Assembly (NCBI GenBank): GCA_036172245.1
Contig: JAYWIR010000009.1
Span: 248,001 to 312,000 of the forward strand
Source: Raillietiella orientalis
Taxonomy: Eukaryota
Reading direction: 5' to 3'
Length of the DNA stretch: 64,000 bases
The position numbers and the translations under genes are program-made. Numbering within the stretch: the first letter of the stretch is position 1; each line of letters begins with the position of its first letter. Positions 1-10,949 of this stretch are shown one piece after another. The notes beneath the pieces were generated by a model that searched no databases, was not told where the DNA came from, and saw nothing but the letters and a program-made list of their open reading frames with translations.

Positions 1-99
1 ATACGCCGCTTTCTGGGGTGGAGGGAAATGCCCTCTGGCTGAGCGAGCAAGGATGCCTCATGGAGACCGGCGAAAGGCTCCCTTTGTCCGACGAAGGAG

Positions 100-1270
100 G
101 CGGTCATGTACTAAGGCGAGCCCCGGGATCCTCCCAACCGCTCTGGGTGGCACCACGACCTGGACCCTCTGGCGACGTCTCGTAGCTGGATGCGGTCCGA
201 AGGATGGCCTCGGGGAGGGGGAAGGATATCTCCTTAAGGAAGCGCCCAAAGGGGAGCTTCACCCCCAAGGTCGCGCCGCGGGTCTTTCTCAAGCAGCTGC
301 AGTCCTTCCGCCCGCTGCTTCCTTCGGGAGGCGCCCTCCCTGTGGACTCTTGCGACGGGACAGCGGCTGCTGTGATTCCCGGAAGAGTATGCGGATAGCC
401 CGGGAGTTCTCGCTACGATCTTCTCCCAAAGACGACGCCATCGCCGTGCTCCTCCAGGGACGGAGGAGAATTTCTCCGGGGCATGGCAAGGGCTCCTTCC
501 CTTCCCTGTGCTTCCTCCCTGCATGCCCGTGGGGAGTTCCAAAGCGGTTGCTCCCGAGGAGCAGCGGCAGAATGTTGGGATCTTCGCTGGGGACGGCATC
601 TTCGGTGGGAGCGCTCCGGAACGACGACGGCGTCCGAGAGAGCAGAAAACGGCGGCTTTTCTCCTTCCAGGGGCTCCCGGGGCCGTCCGCCCGGGAACTC
701 CGCGCTTCCCTTTCCCTGCTCCCGCGACGAACCGCCGGGAGGAAGGGGATGAGGAAGGGGGAAAAATTCAGGGGGAAGCGGGAGGGAGGGACGCGTCCCG
801 GGCTCGCCCACCCGACCAATCAGACGAGCCGCGGCGCTCTCGTCCCTTCCTGGAGGGGCCGATCGATCGGCCTCGTTTAATCAGGGCGGCGGGATCCAGG
901 AGAGGTGGTGTGAACTCTGAGGTTGTCAGCTCTTTCCCGAGCTGCCCTTTTCCGTGACTGGGGAGGGCGCCAGCCGTGCTGCGCCCACTGACACCCTCTC
1001 CTGTCTGGACTTCGGCCTTCTGCAAGGGGATCCGCGGGCAGGACTCTGTGGGAAGCGGGCAGCCCGCCCCACCCCGCCTCCACCGTCCGTCAGGAAGGGG
1101 GGGACTCTGAAAGCGTTTCCTTGGAGCTGCACCTCCCTGCCTTCATGGAGCGCCTCCTCCCCCTCCTCCTGAATCGTCCCGGGAACGGGCGCTGCCGGCA
1201 TCGGGAGTCGCCGCCACCGCGCGCCTCCCGGGGCCCCGCTTGGCATATCCCAGACGCGAGGGTTTCCCAT
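100..1270 (-). mobile_element. Highly degenerate non-LTR retrotransposon reverse-transcriptase fragment
   Basis: Minus-strand frames give RT-like remnants in the expected order: EGVSGRSTAGAL (GFxxGRST-like), LLDPAALIKR (LDxxxAFD-like), HGDGVVFG (YADD-like), TLGVKLPFGRFL (YLGV-like). Frameshifted; recognised by eye; boundaries approximate. Confidence 0.3.
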
Positions 1271-1499
1271 GGGGCGGCCTCTTTGACGGCCTAGGCGGAT
1301 GCTAACCAGAAGCGTCGCCCGGGCAACCGGATACCGCGCGCAGCTGCGACTCGTCTCCCCTCGCTCACTTCCGTGGCGCGGAGAGGCAGGAGGGAGGGGG
1401 TGCTGAGAGCTGCCGGGGAGGGCGCGAACAGGCAGCGGCGCGCCAGAGCCCGTGGTGGGGGCAGACTCCGGGTCGCACGTGCGCGTGTCCCTGCCCTAG

Positions 1500-2650
1500 G
1501 TGCAGAACCAGGCCTGGGCTGTCCTGCCCGCCGACGACAAGGGGGTTCTTTCTCCGTGGCGGGGCAGACGAGGGAGGGGACTCCCTTTGAGCCGTGCCTC
1601 AGGGTGTGCAGGACGCCGCGTCGTGGAGCCACGAACACGCTCACCAAGATGCAGCGCTCCCCAGCATCCACTTTCTCCCGCAGAGATTCCGAGACGGCAT
1701 CTCCTGTCAGTGAGGTTCCCGGAGGGCGAGATGATCGAAGATGTGCTCCCGAGGGAGTTCTCCGGGAACGGGAGACTCGTGGAGCTCGAAGGTCGGCTCC
1801 CTGTCCCTTCCCCCCGTCTTTCCCCTGTCAAGGAACTCCTGACGGAGCTCCCTGAGTTCCCTATGGCTGCCAACCTTGGATGCGTTCGTGGAAATGCCGA
1901 CGGGCGCTGTTCGGGACGCGAAGGCGTCGTTTTGGCGTTCCTCTGGGATTTGCTTTTCACACTCCGAACTCGAAGCAGTCGGGACTCTGGCCCAGCGCAG
2001 CACCCTGCACTCGACGAGCTGCGGATCCCGTCAGCTGCGTGCGTCCTCCCATAACGTCTTTCGCTGTTCCCCGCTCCAGGGATACTGCTGAGAGCTCAGC
2101 CTCTCGGAACAAGGTAGAAAAGCTGGACCAATGGTTTCTTTCTCTCCTCCGTGGAACTTCAAGCGTTCCCTGAGAGGGTCGAACTGCCGAGAAGCTCCGA
2201 CAAAGGGATTCCCGGATTGGAAAATTTCGGATGAAGGGCACTCCCTTGCCGGAATCCCTCAGGAGGTGGCTCGTCTCTCGTGAAGGGGAGTCACTTTCCG
2301 AAGCCAGGCTATCTCCCTGACTTTCTTTTTCCCCCAAAAAGGAAGGTGCGCTTTCCGGAAATCTGGGCTGGAGGGATGCTGCAGTGTGCTCTTCGCCCCT
2401 ATCTATTGACAGCAACTTTCCCAGATGCCTCCTTTGGAGCTCGAGTCGCGTATTCGACGGATGCTTGACGTGACTCGCGGGCAAAGAAATTGAGCTCACA
2501 GCACGGACAGAAAGGTCCGTAGCCTTTCTGGACTCATTCAAGTCGGGAACTTGCTCCAGGAATCGATGCTCAAGGGAACCGCACGGAAGAGAGCGCGCCA
2601 AAGTACCCATCGGTCGGGGCAAGAAGCTTTGGACCTCGGCGACGAAACAA
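1500..2650 (+). mobile_element. Degenerate Penelope-like retroelement RT fragment
   Basis: VLPADDKGVL (ADKG motif typical of Penelope-like RTs), later KGSHFPKPGYLPDFLF (MGSPLSP-like), AFLD and RKRARQSTH (YRKxTH-like) in collinear order, with frameshifts. Confidence 0.35.
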
Positions 2651-3524
2651 AGCAGAAAAGAGAAAGATATATAATGACTGTCGGCTGGTCAAAAAATCTC
2701 CGAGTCTCTTTCTTCAGCACGGCGCCCTTCAAAAGGGCAGCTGATAGAAGGGAGAGGAGTGGCCGAAAACGCTCCCGAAAGCGGTGCAAATTGACGCAAG
2801 CGTTTCGGTGCGCCAGCCCTGCAGGTGCCCTGCAGGTGCGGTCAGCAGAACGACCAGCGGGAGAGGAACCGCCAACAGTCTCAAAGGGGAGTGATCATCA
2901 ACAACCACGGAGGGAGAAATCATCAACAACCACTTGGGCAAAACTGCCAACAATCGCAGGGAGAGAAATCGCCATCAGCGACTACGGCAGAATCACAGCA
3001 CAGAAGACGCCGAGTTGCGAGGGGGAAGGGGGTCGCCGTCTCCAGCAGGGACGAAAGTCGTGTGCCACTCGAGTGGGGAAGCGGCGATCCGCAGGAGAGA
3101 ACAAAGAGAGCCAGTGCGACGAGAGGGGGGGGGGGGGGGGGCAGGGCAGCCCGCGCAGAGAACTGATCGCGTAATGCGGAACACCGCTGTCGCGGAAGCA
3201 GCAGAGCTGGGACCGCGGAGAGATCGTAAAGCTCTTGTGCAGTCAAAAAATGGACGGGGATTCCGCTGCTGCGGATGACACGAGCGCGCACGACGGCGCC
3301 TCCTTCTCAAGGCGACCTCAAGGCGGTACGTGTTGGGCTGCACGCGCACTGCGTTTGCGTGCAGCCCGACCAGGAGCTCACGAAGAGCTGCATTCCCCGG
3401 AACGGCAGTGGCGACCCACCGCCGGGATCAATCCTGAGGGGTAGCGGGTCTTGTTTCCGGGAATGCCACGACGCGACGCGCGGAGAGCGGCGCACAACCC
3501 CCTCGAGGGCTCCGGACGTTTCTG

Positions 3525-3675
3525 CTTCTGTAAATGGCGGGTTTTTATTACTCCTAATTTTCCGTTTAGCCTGGACCGTGGCCCGGTTTCCCGGTATCAT
3601 CTTCGTCGTTAAGATCGCTTCTTTATGTGGGAAAAGATCACCTGATCACATGTTGGGGTAATTTATATCGACCCG
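3525..3675. promoter_or_regulatory. AT-rich motif-dense island 3' of odd (candidate enhancer)
   Basis: TTTATT, TTTATG, TAAT cores, Su(H)-type TGTGGGAA at 3626-3633 and E-boxes CACCTG/CACATG packed into about 150 bp of an otherwise GC-rich region. Confidence 0.3.
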
Positions 3676-5964
3676 CGGACGGGACTCCCTCTTAAGCGAA
3701 GCGGACAGAGTGGACACTGGGCGAAGAAGAAACCTGTGATTACTGCCAACGCGTCTTCCTGACGCTGCCGTGCCTCCGGCACCAGCGGACGCTACCTACG
3801 ACGACGCGGCCGCCCAGCCCCTCAGGATGGATGGCCAGGCGTACCGGGCGCAGCTAGCTCGCCGCAGCGAGGGGGACGAGGGAGCTTCCTCGCTGGTCCA
3901 CCTCTCCTCGGAGGCTACAGGGAGAGGATGAAAAACTCACTCTCCCCCTCGTGGTTCGGTCGGGTGGTGCGCGGTCTGCGAACCCACGCGTTACCGGACG
4001 GGGTTGGTGGCGACGACTGGGCCGCTCGACTAAAGGAAGAGGACAGACGGAGTGCGCGGGGCGGATTGTGGGATGGGAGGACCTGCTGCCCTCGGCTGCC
4101 TACGCCAGAAAGAACCCTGGAGTCATGGTGGGGTACCTCGGTCTCGAGAGCAGGCCTTCTTTCATCCCCTGGAGAAGGATGGGAGCAGGAGAGGAAGCGG
4201 GCAGCTCTGCTACCGCGGGCAAAGGTGCTTCTGCATCCCTTTAGTTCGACCTGCTGAAGCCGAAGGGTGCATCTGGAGACGCCCCACTCGAGGGAGGCAG
4301 GATGGCAGCGTCAGGGAGTTTCTGGAGGGGACCGAGGGGGCACCGGGGAGGAACTCCTCCCACGCAAGAAGGTGGAGGATCCCCACGCGCAGCCTTCCTC
4401 CTGGACCACGAGTGGCTAAGGAGATGGCACGAGGAAAGGGTCGAAGAGCGACTCAGGAAGGTGCACGCGGGAAGGGGCCTCTCGGCTCCCTCGGGAGACT
4501 TGCCACGAGGGTGCGGCCTACGTGTCCTTCCTTCCGGAGCCGACGGGCAGATGGTGCGCTAGAGGCGGCGCTCGCCGCCTCCGGGCAGGAGCACGGCGAG
4601 CGCACGAGAAGGGGCGGAAGCGGAGGGTGGAAGGGAACGGGGCAGAAGAGGGTGGGTGGGGGAGGAAGGATTGCCCCGCGTTTTCTCCGCGTCGCGCGGT
4701 CGGGAGCAGACCGCCGGGAGCGGTGGGACGCTCTCTGCCAGCAGGGGCGGCAGCGGCGGCAGCAGGCGACAAGAAAATTGGGGGGACCGCGGCGGTCCGT
4801 CTAATTGCCCACGGTCCGCCCCGGCGGCCCTCTCGATGGCGGCGAAGGGGCGCGCGCGCGCGCGCCTGCGAGAGGGAGTCCGCGGAAGGCGGTGGGGCTG
4901 CTGCTTCGCTCCTGCAGCGAGGGGAGGTGCGGACCGGGTAGGAAGCCCTTGTAGCTGCTGCACCTCGACCCGCGCCTCCCCCGAGAAAAGACTGAGAGGG
5001 GAGAAGGAGGCCGTCCCATACAATGCCTCCTTTTCAGCCGCGTGTTCCAGAACGGGAGTGACCCCCGGCGCCGCCTCGATGTTCGGAGGTGCTGAGGAAG
5101 CTGCGGGGTCGTTGAAAAGGAGGACAGAGAGAACTCCGTCCTAAGGTGTCTCCGGGGTCGTCGCATTGAAGAGGCCGCCGATCTGTCCGATCGCCCCTCT
5201 GGCGGAGGGTCGTGCGCACCCGCAGGTGCCGCAGCCGCTCCCGAGCGATGCATCATCGGTTGTCACGGGTTACGGGGCCTCGCCCCGCCTATCGCGCTCT
5301 CGCAGGGGCGACCCTTTCGGCGGCCTCCTGAGGAAGGGGCGCGACCGTCCGCCCCCGATAAACAACCCCATCGGTGCGCCTGTCCCGTGGACGTGCGGGG
5401 GAGGCGAAGCCCCTCGGGCGCCGCACCCGATTCGGCCTCTGTCTCCCCTCTTCCTTGACCAATGCGGTCATGGCAACGGCGGCGAAGGGAGGAGCCAGGA
5501 AGGGGGGGGGAGACCGGCCTGAGGCCGTCAGAGGGGGATCCGCTGGCAGGAGGAAGAAGGAGCTGGGAGGAGAGCCACTCCGGTCTCCCTGCTGCTCCTC
5601 CCTCTCCGCCCGCGCCGGGAGGAGCTCTTTGTCGACGAAGAAGAGGGGCGGGGCAGGAGCGGCTGCCGTTCCCCCCCCCCCCTAGCGGCACCCGCAATTA
5701 TCGCCACGGGATGGCGCTCGCTCAGATTGGATTCCGCGGCAACGGTCGCCGTCGCAGCGGGATGCAGCATCTTTGAGGACCAGGCGGCGGCGGCGGCGGC
5801 GGCATCTCTGGGAGGGCAGACGAGGCGAGCGGGTCCCGAGCCCTCGGGACCCCCCTCCCGGGAAGTGGGCTCACCCTTTCCACTGGTAAAGGGTCGTCGA
5901 TCGATCCCCCGTGTACGGCTCCCATGTACAGCACTCGTGAACGTACGTACAAAATGCTCCGCTC

Positions 5965-5970
5965 TTTATT
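5965..5970 (-). terminator. Polyadenylation signal of odd
   Basis: TTTATT on plus = AATAAA on minus, about 140 nt downstream of the odd stop codon. Confidence 0.55.
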
Positions 5971-6110
5971 GAACAGCGCGCGCTCCCCGGCAGGGACCGC
6001 CCGCGGCGTCTGGCCGGAGACGTCTAGCCCCTCGGCCATCCCAGAGATCGCTCCCCTCTTCTGCCGGGAGGGAGGGCGGCGCAGGGACGCAAAGGGGTGG
6101 GGTGGGCGAG

Positions 6111-7514
6111 TCAGTTCTTCTTGCCCATGATGGCGTCGATGCTGAAGCTCAGCCTCTGCTGGTGCTGCTGCGGCGGCGCAGGTAGGGGTGGCGACATCTG
6201 CTGCTGTTGCTGCTTGTGGTCGGAGGAGGTGCCCCCCTCGTCGTCGCAGGCCTCCTCCCTGAGGGCCACCGGCGTGCGTCCTCTTCCCGCGGGGGGACTG
6301 GCGGCGGCCGCGTGGAGGGGTAGTGGCGGTGGCGCCGCTGGAGAGGCGGCGGTGGCGGCGGCGGCTGGCGGGGGAGCGCACCGGTGAGAGAGCAGGTGGT
6401 TCCTGAGGCCGCCGCGCTGCTGGAACTGCAGGCCGCAGGCGTGGCAGCGCTGCCTGGCACTCTGCTTGAGGTGCTGCGACCGGTGGACGGCCAGCGTCCT
6501 CGACTGACAGAAGCCCTTGCCACACTCGTCGCACTTGAAGGGCTTGTCCTTGGAGTGAATGTACCTGGGGGGAGCGCAAGGGGCACTTGAGAGGGCAGGA
6601 GGTGGCAGCAAAAGGAGGAAGAGGAAGAAGAAGGGAGGAAGGGAAGGAAGGAAGGAGGAGGAAGAGAGGGAAAAGATGAAGGAGAAGAGAGGAAGGGGAA
6701 GAAAGAGAGGAAGAGGAGGAAGGGCAGGAGAGCGGACCCCAGCGCGGGGAATGTGGGAGGAGAGCCCCCGGACGGCGGGATGGGCAGGCCTCTGCACACC
6801 ACCGCGGCCCGGGGAGGCACGCGCGCCACCCGACCGCCCGGCGTACCTGTGGTCGCGCAGGTGGTCCTGCCGCCGGAAGGCCTTCCCACAGATGTCGCAC
6901 GGGTAGGGCCGCTCGTCCGTGTGGGTCCGCTCGTGGATGAGCAGGTTGTAGGACTTGGTGAAATGGCGGCCGCAGTACTTGCAAACGTGCTTCTTCTTGG
7001 GCCGGCAGGGCTTGTCTAGAGCAAGGCGGCCCTCCGGCAGTCGGAAGGCGTCCAGCGTGCGCAGCAGCATCGGCGGGAATGCAATCATCCGACCCAGCAG
7101 CCCGAAGGGCAGGCACGGGAAGCCGGCGGCGGGCACCAACGAGGAGAAGGCCGCCGCGGCCGCGGCCCCGGCAGCACTGCCGGGGAACGCGCCCTCGTAG
7201 TCCAGGGGCAGGGAGAGGGCACGCCCGGAACCGGCAGCGTCCGCTCCCGGATCGGGGAAGCCCGGGGCGTAGTCCTTGGCTCCGAGGAGCAGCATGGGCG
7301 GGGGGCGAGGCGACGGGGAAAAGGGAACGCGGCGCTCCTTGGCCCGGCGCTCTCGGGCAGCCGTGCGGGGCAGGGGCTGGGGGTCGCAGGAGGAGGCGGA
7401 CGACGAGGAGGAGGAGCTGGACAGATCCAGGGCCGAGGAGGCTTCCTTGCTAGCGGGGCCCGTGGGGGTGGGCGGTGGAGTCAGGATCGGGTGAGGAAAC
7501 TCCGCGAGCGCCAT
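6111..7514 (-). CDS. odd: Odd-skipped family C2H2 zinc-finger repressor, odd-like; exons 7514-6847 and 6564-6111, 373 aa
   Basis: [53 protein letters not shown]^[31 protein letters not shown] is the diagnostic Odd/Osr finger array. A divergent fourth finger follows ([21 protein letters not shown]). C-terminal eh1/Groucho motif FSIDAIM; N-terminal LTPPPTP resembles the LTPPHTP of Drosophila Odd. Four fingers favours odd over five-finger sob/bowl. GT-AG phase-2 intron at 6846-6565. Confidence 0.92.
   Translation of the reverse strand: MALAEFPHPILTPPPTPTGPASKEASSALDLSSSSSSSSASSCDPQPLPRTAARERRAKERRVPFSPSPRPPPMLLLGAKDYAPGFPDPGADAAGSGRALSLPLDYEGAFPGSAAGAAAAAAFSSLVPAAGFPCLPFGLLGRMIAFPPMLLRTLDAFRLPEGRLALDKPCRPKKKHVCKYCGRHFTKSYNLLIHERTHTDERPYPCDICGKAFRRQDHLRDHRYAGRSGGARASPGRGGVQRPAHPAVRGLSSHIPRAGVRSPALPPLPLFLPLPLFSFIFSLSSSSFLPSLPPFFFLFLLLLPPPALSSAPCAPPRYIHSKDKPFKCDECGKGFCQSRTLAVHRSQHLKQSARQRCHACGLQFQQRGGLRNHLLSHRCAPPPAAAATAASPAAPPPLPLHAAAASPPAGRGRTPVALREEACDDEGGTSSDHKQQQQQMSPPLPAPPQQHQQRLSFSIDAIMGKKN
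6565..6846 (-). other. Intron of odd (282 nt, phase 2, inside zinc finger 2)
   Basis: Donor CACAG|GTACGC, acceptor CCCCAG|GTACATT, long pyrimidine tract on the minus strand (about 6610-6730). Removing it restores DHRYIH. Confidence 0.9.
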
Positions 7515-7799
7515 CTCCGGTCATGTTCCCTGGTCCCGGCTCCCTTCCTCCCGGGTCAGGGTCGCCCTGGGGGGATCCGCGGTTCGCCCGGACTCACCAC
7601 CACCGCGGCAACGGCGAGCACGGCGGCGGCGGCTGCGACCACGACGACGACGAGGACGCCTGGCGGGCGGCGCACCGCTGCTGCAGCATCGCTACCGGCG
7701 TCCGCCACCGCTGCTCGTAGCCAGGCAACTGGTCGCGCCGCTCGCGTCTCCTCGCCGTTACTCCGGCGGCGGCGGAGGCGTGCGAGCGAGCGAGCAAGC

Positions 7800-8000
7800 G
7801 GGCGAGCGCTCTGCCGCCGCTGCTCCCCCGCTCGAAGGGGGGGAGGGGAGACGCGGAGGAGGGGGAGACAGGGCAGGGCAGTTCCCGCAGTGAGCAGTGT
7901 GACCGCGGACGTTCGCCTATTGGCCGAGGGGACTTCGCGTCACCGCCCACGCGGCGACTGCCGCATGCGTGCGGCGAGAGCGCTGTTGCTTGACGCAGGC
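7800..8000 (-). promoter_or_regulatory. Probable proximal promoter of odd
   Basis: CpG-dense stretch upstream of the ATG, CCAAT box on minus (ATTGG at 7919-7923), and an NRF1/Ewg-like CGCATGCG near 7962. Confidence 0.3.
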
Positions 8001-8099
8001 GCTCGCTCGCTCGCCGCCGCAGGAGGACCGGGACAACGAACTAACCGAGAGAAAGGGGTGGGGGGTAGGAGGCAGAGTCGCCCGCTGCCTCCGCGGGAC

Positions 8100-9720
8100 G
8101 CCTACCGCTCCCCTCACCCCTTGTCCCCGGGGAGCGTCCTTTCCCAGCTTGACCCTGCCGGTCCCGTCGAGTGTCTCTCTGGAGCATCTGGAGACTTCCG
8201 CCCCCCGAGACAGGCATCTTCTGGAGGGCTGGCCTCTGTCCTCGGCCCCCCTGCCCAGCACTTCTTTGGGTCGCCAGATGAGGGCGCGGTTGCCTCCGCG
8301 ACTTGACCACCCGCAAGGGAGATACCAGGGGTGGACCCTCCCGAGGAAGGCAAAGGCAGCCCCTCTGAGTTTCCGAGGGTCTCTCGGAATAGCGAGGGTC
8401 TCCTCCCTCCCGTCCTTGGCGTTCATTCCAAGCCGCGCCCCTCACCTCTGACAACCGCAAGAGGTGGCCCCTCTTCGCAGGAAGGACGCCCACCTGGACG
8501 GCCCCGAAAATGGAGGGAGCGTCCCGGGTGCCGACTGAAAGGAGGCCACAGCTCCTATTTTCTCTTCTTCTCGCACGGGAGAGTAGGCCACTGGCCTGTC
8601 TTCCCGGTAGGCAAGAGACCCCGAGCACCGGCAAGGAAGGAGCGGGTAGGTACCGGGAGGAAGGAGCTCCCGAAGCGCCTGGGCATGTGGGCCATGACTT
8701 TCGATCTTCCGAGAGCCACCATATGAAAGAGGGCACCCTCGGGATGCGTAGAGCGTCGCGCTCCGCGGTGGCGCCTCTTTTCCCGGTTTCTTCTGTGGAC
8801 CCCCCCTGAGTAGCGGCGGCGTTCGAGGTGAAGCGCCAGGCCTGCGTCGCTGACACTGCTGCCATCTGGAAGCGGAGCAGAGAACTACGAGGAAGTCGTG
8901 GAGGCGGGAGCGAAGTGTGCGCGGGGGACCCGCAGAGCTCCCGTCAGCAGGCAGCCGGGCCCAGCGAGGTCCCCGGGAGAGCGCCGCGCGCGACTGCGCG
9001 TCCCGAGCGCCGTCGCCGCCCGCTCGGCTGCTGGAGACTGCCGGCGGTCGAGACGCCGTCCCTTGTGACCAGTTGCTGTGGGAACAGGGTCAAAGGCCCA
9101 CGGCAGACCCGCATCTCCACTGCTACGTTCTGGAGTTGAGATCTTCCGCTCTTCTCCTTCGGACAATCATCCCGGGTTGACCCGTCCAGAGGCCGCGCTC
9201 TCTGGAAGCTCGAGGCTCACTAAGGCCCGTTCGTATCCGAGGTGCCCTCGAAGCAGTGAGTTCGGGGAAGATCCAGGGGAGCGAGAAGAATAGGAAGAGA
9301 GGGCACAGTGGGACTGTGGGTCGGGTTCCGGTTCCGGGTAGGAAGAGAGTCCTTGCCGGAAAAGTTCCCTAGAGCCTGGAATCCACGGTCAGGAGAGGCA
9401 TCTAGGGAAAGGGCACTCCCGAGCCGCCGTTCGGAGACGGACGAGTTGTCCAGCCCCCACCGCCCTTTCCCTTTTGTTTCCAGGGTCAGTCGCGGGGCGA
9501 CGCCTCTGTCTGAGCCCGTCGGCGCGGCTTCCCGGAAGGGGAGGAGAGCATAGGGGAGGATGAAGTCGACCTGGCGGGTGCGGCTCAGGAAAGGAGCGCC
9601 ATGGCAACAGGTCCCTCTGCGACGAGTGTCCGAGTATCGCGGAGGGCGAAGGAGGTCAGCCGTGCGAACAAGAGAGGCGAGGAGGCTGAGTAGGAACGGT
9701 AGGTCGAAGAGGGAAAGGGT
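8100..9720 (-). mobile_element. Degenerate non-LTR retrotransposon relic
   Basis: Scattered RT-like remnants on minus (VDFILPY; a GVPxG/CLSP-like segment near 9400-9425; LPVLGV). No intact ORF. Confidence 0.22.
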
Positions 9721-10217
9721 GGGGAGCAGCGGAAGCTTCCTGGGTCCGCAGAGACCCCTGCGCGCGGCGCCACGGGTCGAGACGATGCGGTGGGTGGAGG
9801 TCCGACGAAATGGTGGGGAGGATGGCGGCGGCGGCGGCGCATGGCTCACACGGTCTCTCTCCAGAGCGGATTGGCCCTAGGCCTTCATGCAAGCGTGGAC
9901 GGAAGCTCCAGGGTCCACCCTTTCCCTGCCGACGGGCAGCATTCACGGGAGAGGAGGCCGCCTGGCGACGCCTCGCGACCGCGTGACCCCAGGGAGGCGC
10001 ATCCGTGTCGTCGGCTCCGCGAGTAGGATTCGGGGTCAGAGAGCGCGCGCGCGCGGGCGCGTGAGGGCGGGAGGCGGAGGACAAGGCGCCGGAGGCGGAG
10101 GAGACGGCAGGAAATAAGAAACGGGACATCTCCCGTGCTCGCTTCAGAAGGCGCTGGCTCCACCGGAGGAGCACAAGAGGAGCACAGGGGAGGGGAGGCA
10201 CCCACCGCCTCCAAGGC

Positions 10218-10271
10218 GTGCATGCGCAGCGCTGCCAATCGATCGTCTTGGCGGTAGCGCTGCGCATGCGC
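10218..10271. repeat. Short hairpin, 19-bp stem
   Basis: GTGCATGCGCAGCGCTGCC ... GGTAGCGCTGCGCATGCGC pair at 17/19 positions by Watson-Crick, and the other two are G:U-compatible on the plus strand; 16-nt spacer. Confidence 0.75.
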
Positions 10272-10515
10272 GGCGGCGGCGGGACGACGAAGGAAGGGAG
10301 GGAGGAGAAAGGGGAGGAGGTCAAGAGTTTGCCTAGTAGGCAAAAGGGGGCGAGCGCGAGCGGCGTGGCTCCACCACGCGGAGGCGGACAACCTTCCTCC
10401 GCCGCGTCCTCGCCGCGTGCCCCCTTTTGCCCTCTCGGCACACTTCTGACCTCCTCCCCCTTCCCCTCCCTCCCTCCCTTCCTTCCTCGCCCTGCCGCCG
10501 CCGCCGCGCATGCGC
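10262..10515. repeat. Long imperfect inverted repeat (about 100-bp arms) capped by GCGCATGCGC at both ends
   Basis: Left arm GCGCATGCGCGGCGGCGGC...GAAGGAAGGGAGGGAGG...GGGGAGGAGGTCAAGAGTTTGCCTAGTAGGCAAAAGGGGGC matches the reverse complement of the right arm GCCCCCTTTTGCCCTCTCGGCACACTTCTGACCTCCTCCCCC...CCCTCCCTTCCTTC...GCCGCCGCCGCGCATGCGC. Confidence 0.8.
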
Positions 10516-10949
10516 GGGAATTCCGGTCACGTGCGCGGGCCGCCGCTGCTCACGCGCGTCCGTGCGCGCCGCTCGACCCCACCTAATTAATCAGCCGTGC
10601 GGTCCTTCGGCCGCTAATACGCCGGTTCCCCATGGCAACGTGTCATTAGATCGCGACTTTCCTTCCTCGTCCTCAGCATCTCCCGACATAAATCTCCCGC
10701 GACCTGTAATCTGTGCGCGACTCCTCCCCGGGTGCGCCCGTCCCGCCGCGAGGGCGCTCTTCCGTCCGCCGGGGCGCCTCCGCGCGCCAGCAGCCGGATA
10801 GGCGCCCTCAGGAAAGCGCTGGACGCGCCCCGGAGGAAGTCCCGCGGGGTAAAGGGGGGAGAACAGGATCTGCCCTCTCCGTCCGCAGCACCCTCGTCTT
10901 TTACAGGCAAGGCGGGCAACGCGACAGAGCGTTTCCGGGCTCCTCCGAC

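Noticed and set aside
3700..4600. LTR-retrotransposon protease (VDTG at about 3710)
   Set aside because: Single short motif with no supporting RT, integrase or LTRs.
4940..5150. CR1-like 3' end fragment on minus
   Set aside because: The resemblance (RGH...FS..LP) is too weak to support.
5722..7116. 464-aa minus-strand ORF overlapping odd in another frame
   Set aside because: Shadow frame of a GC3-rich gene; no recognisable domain.
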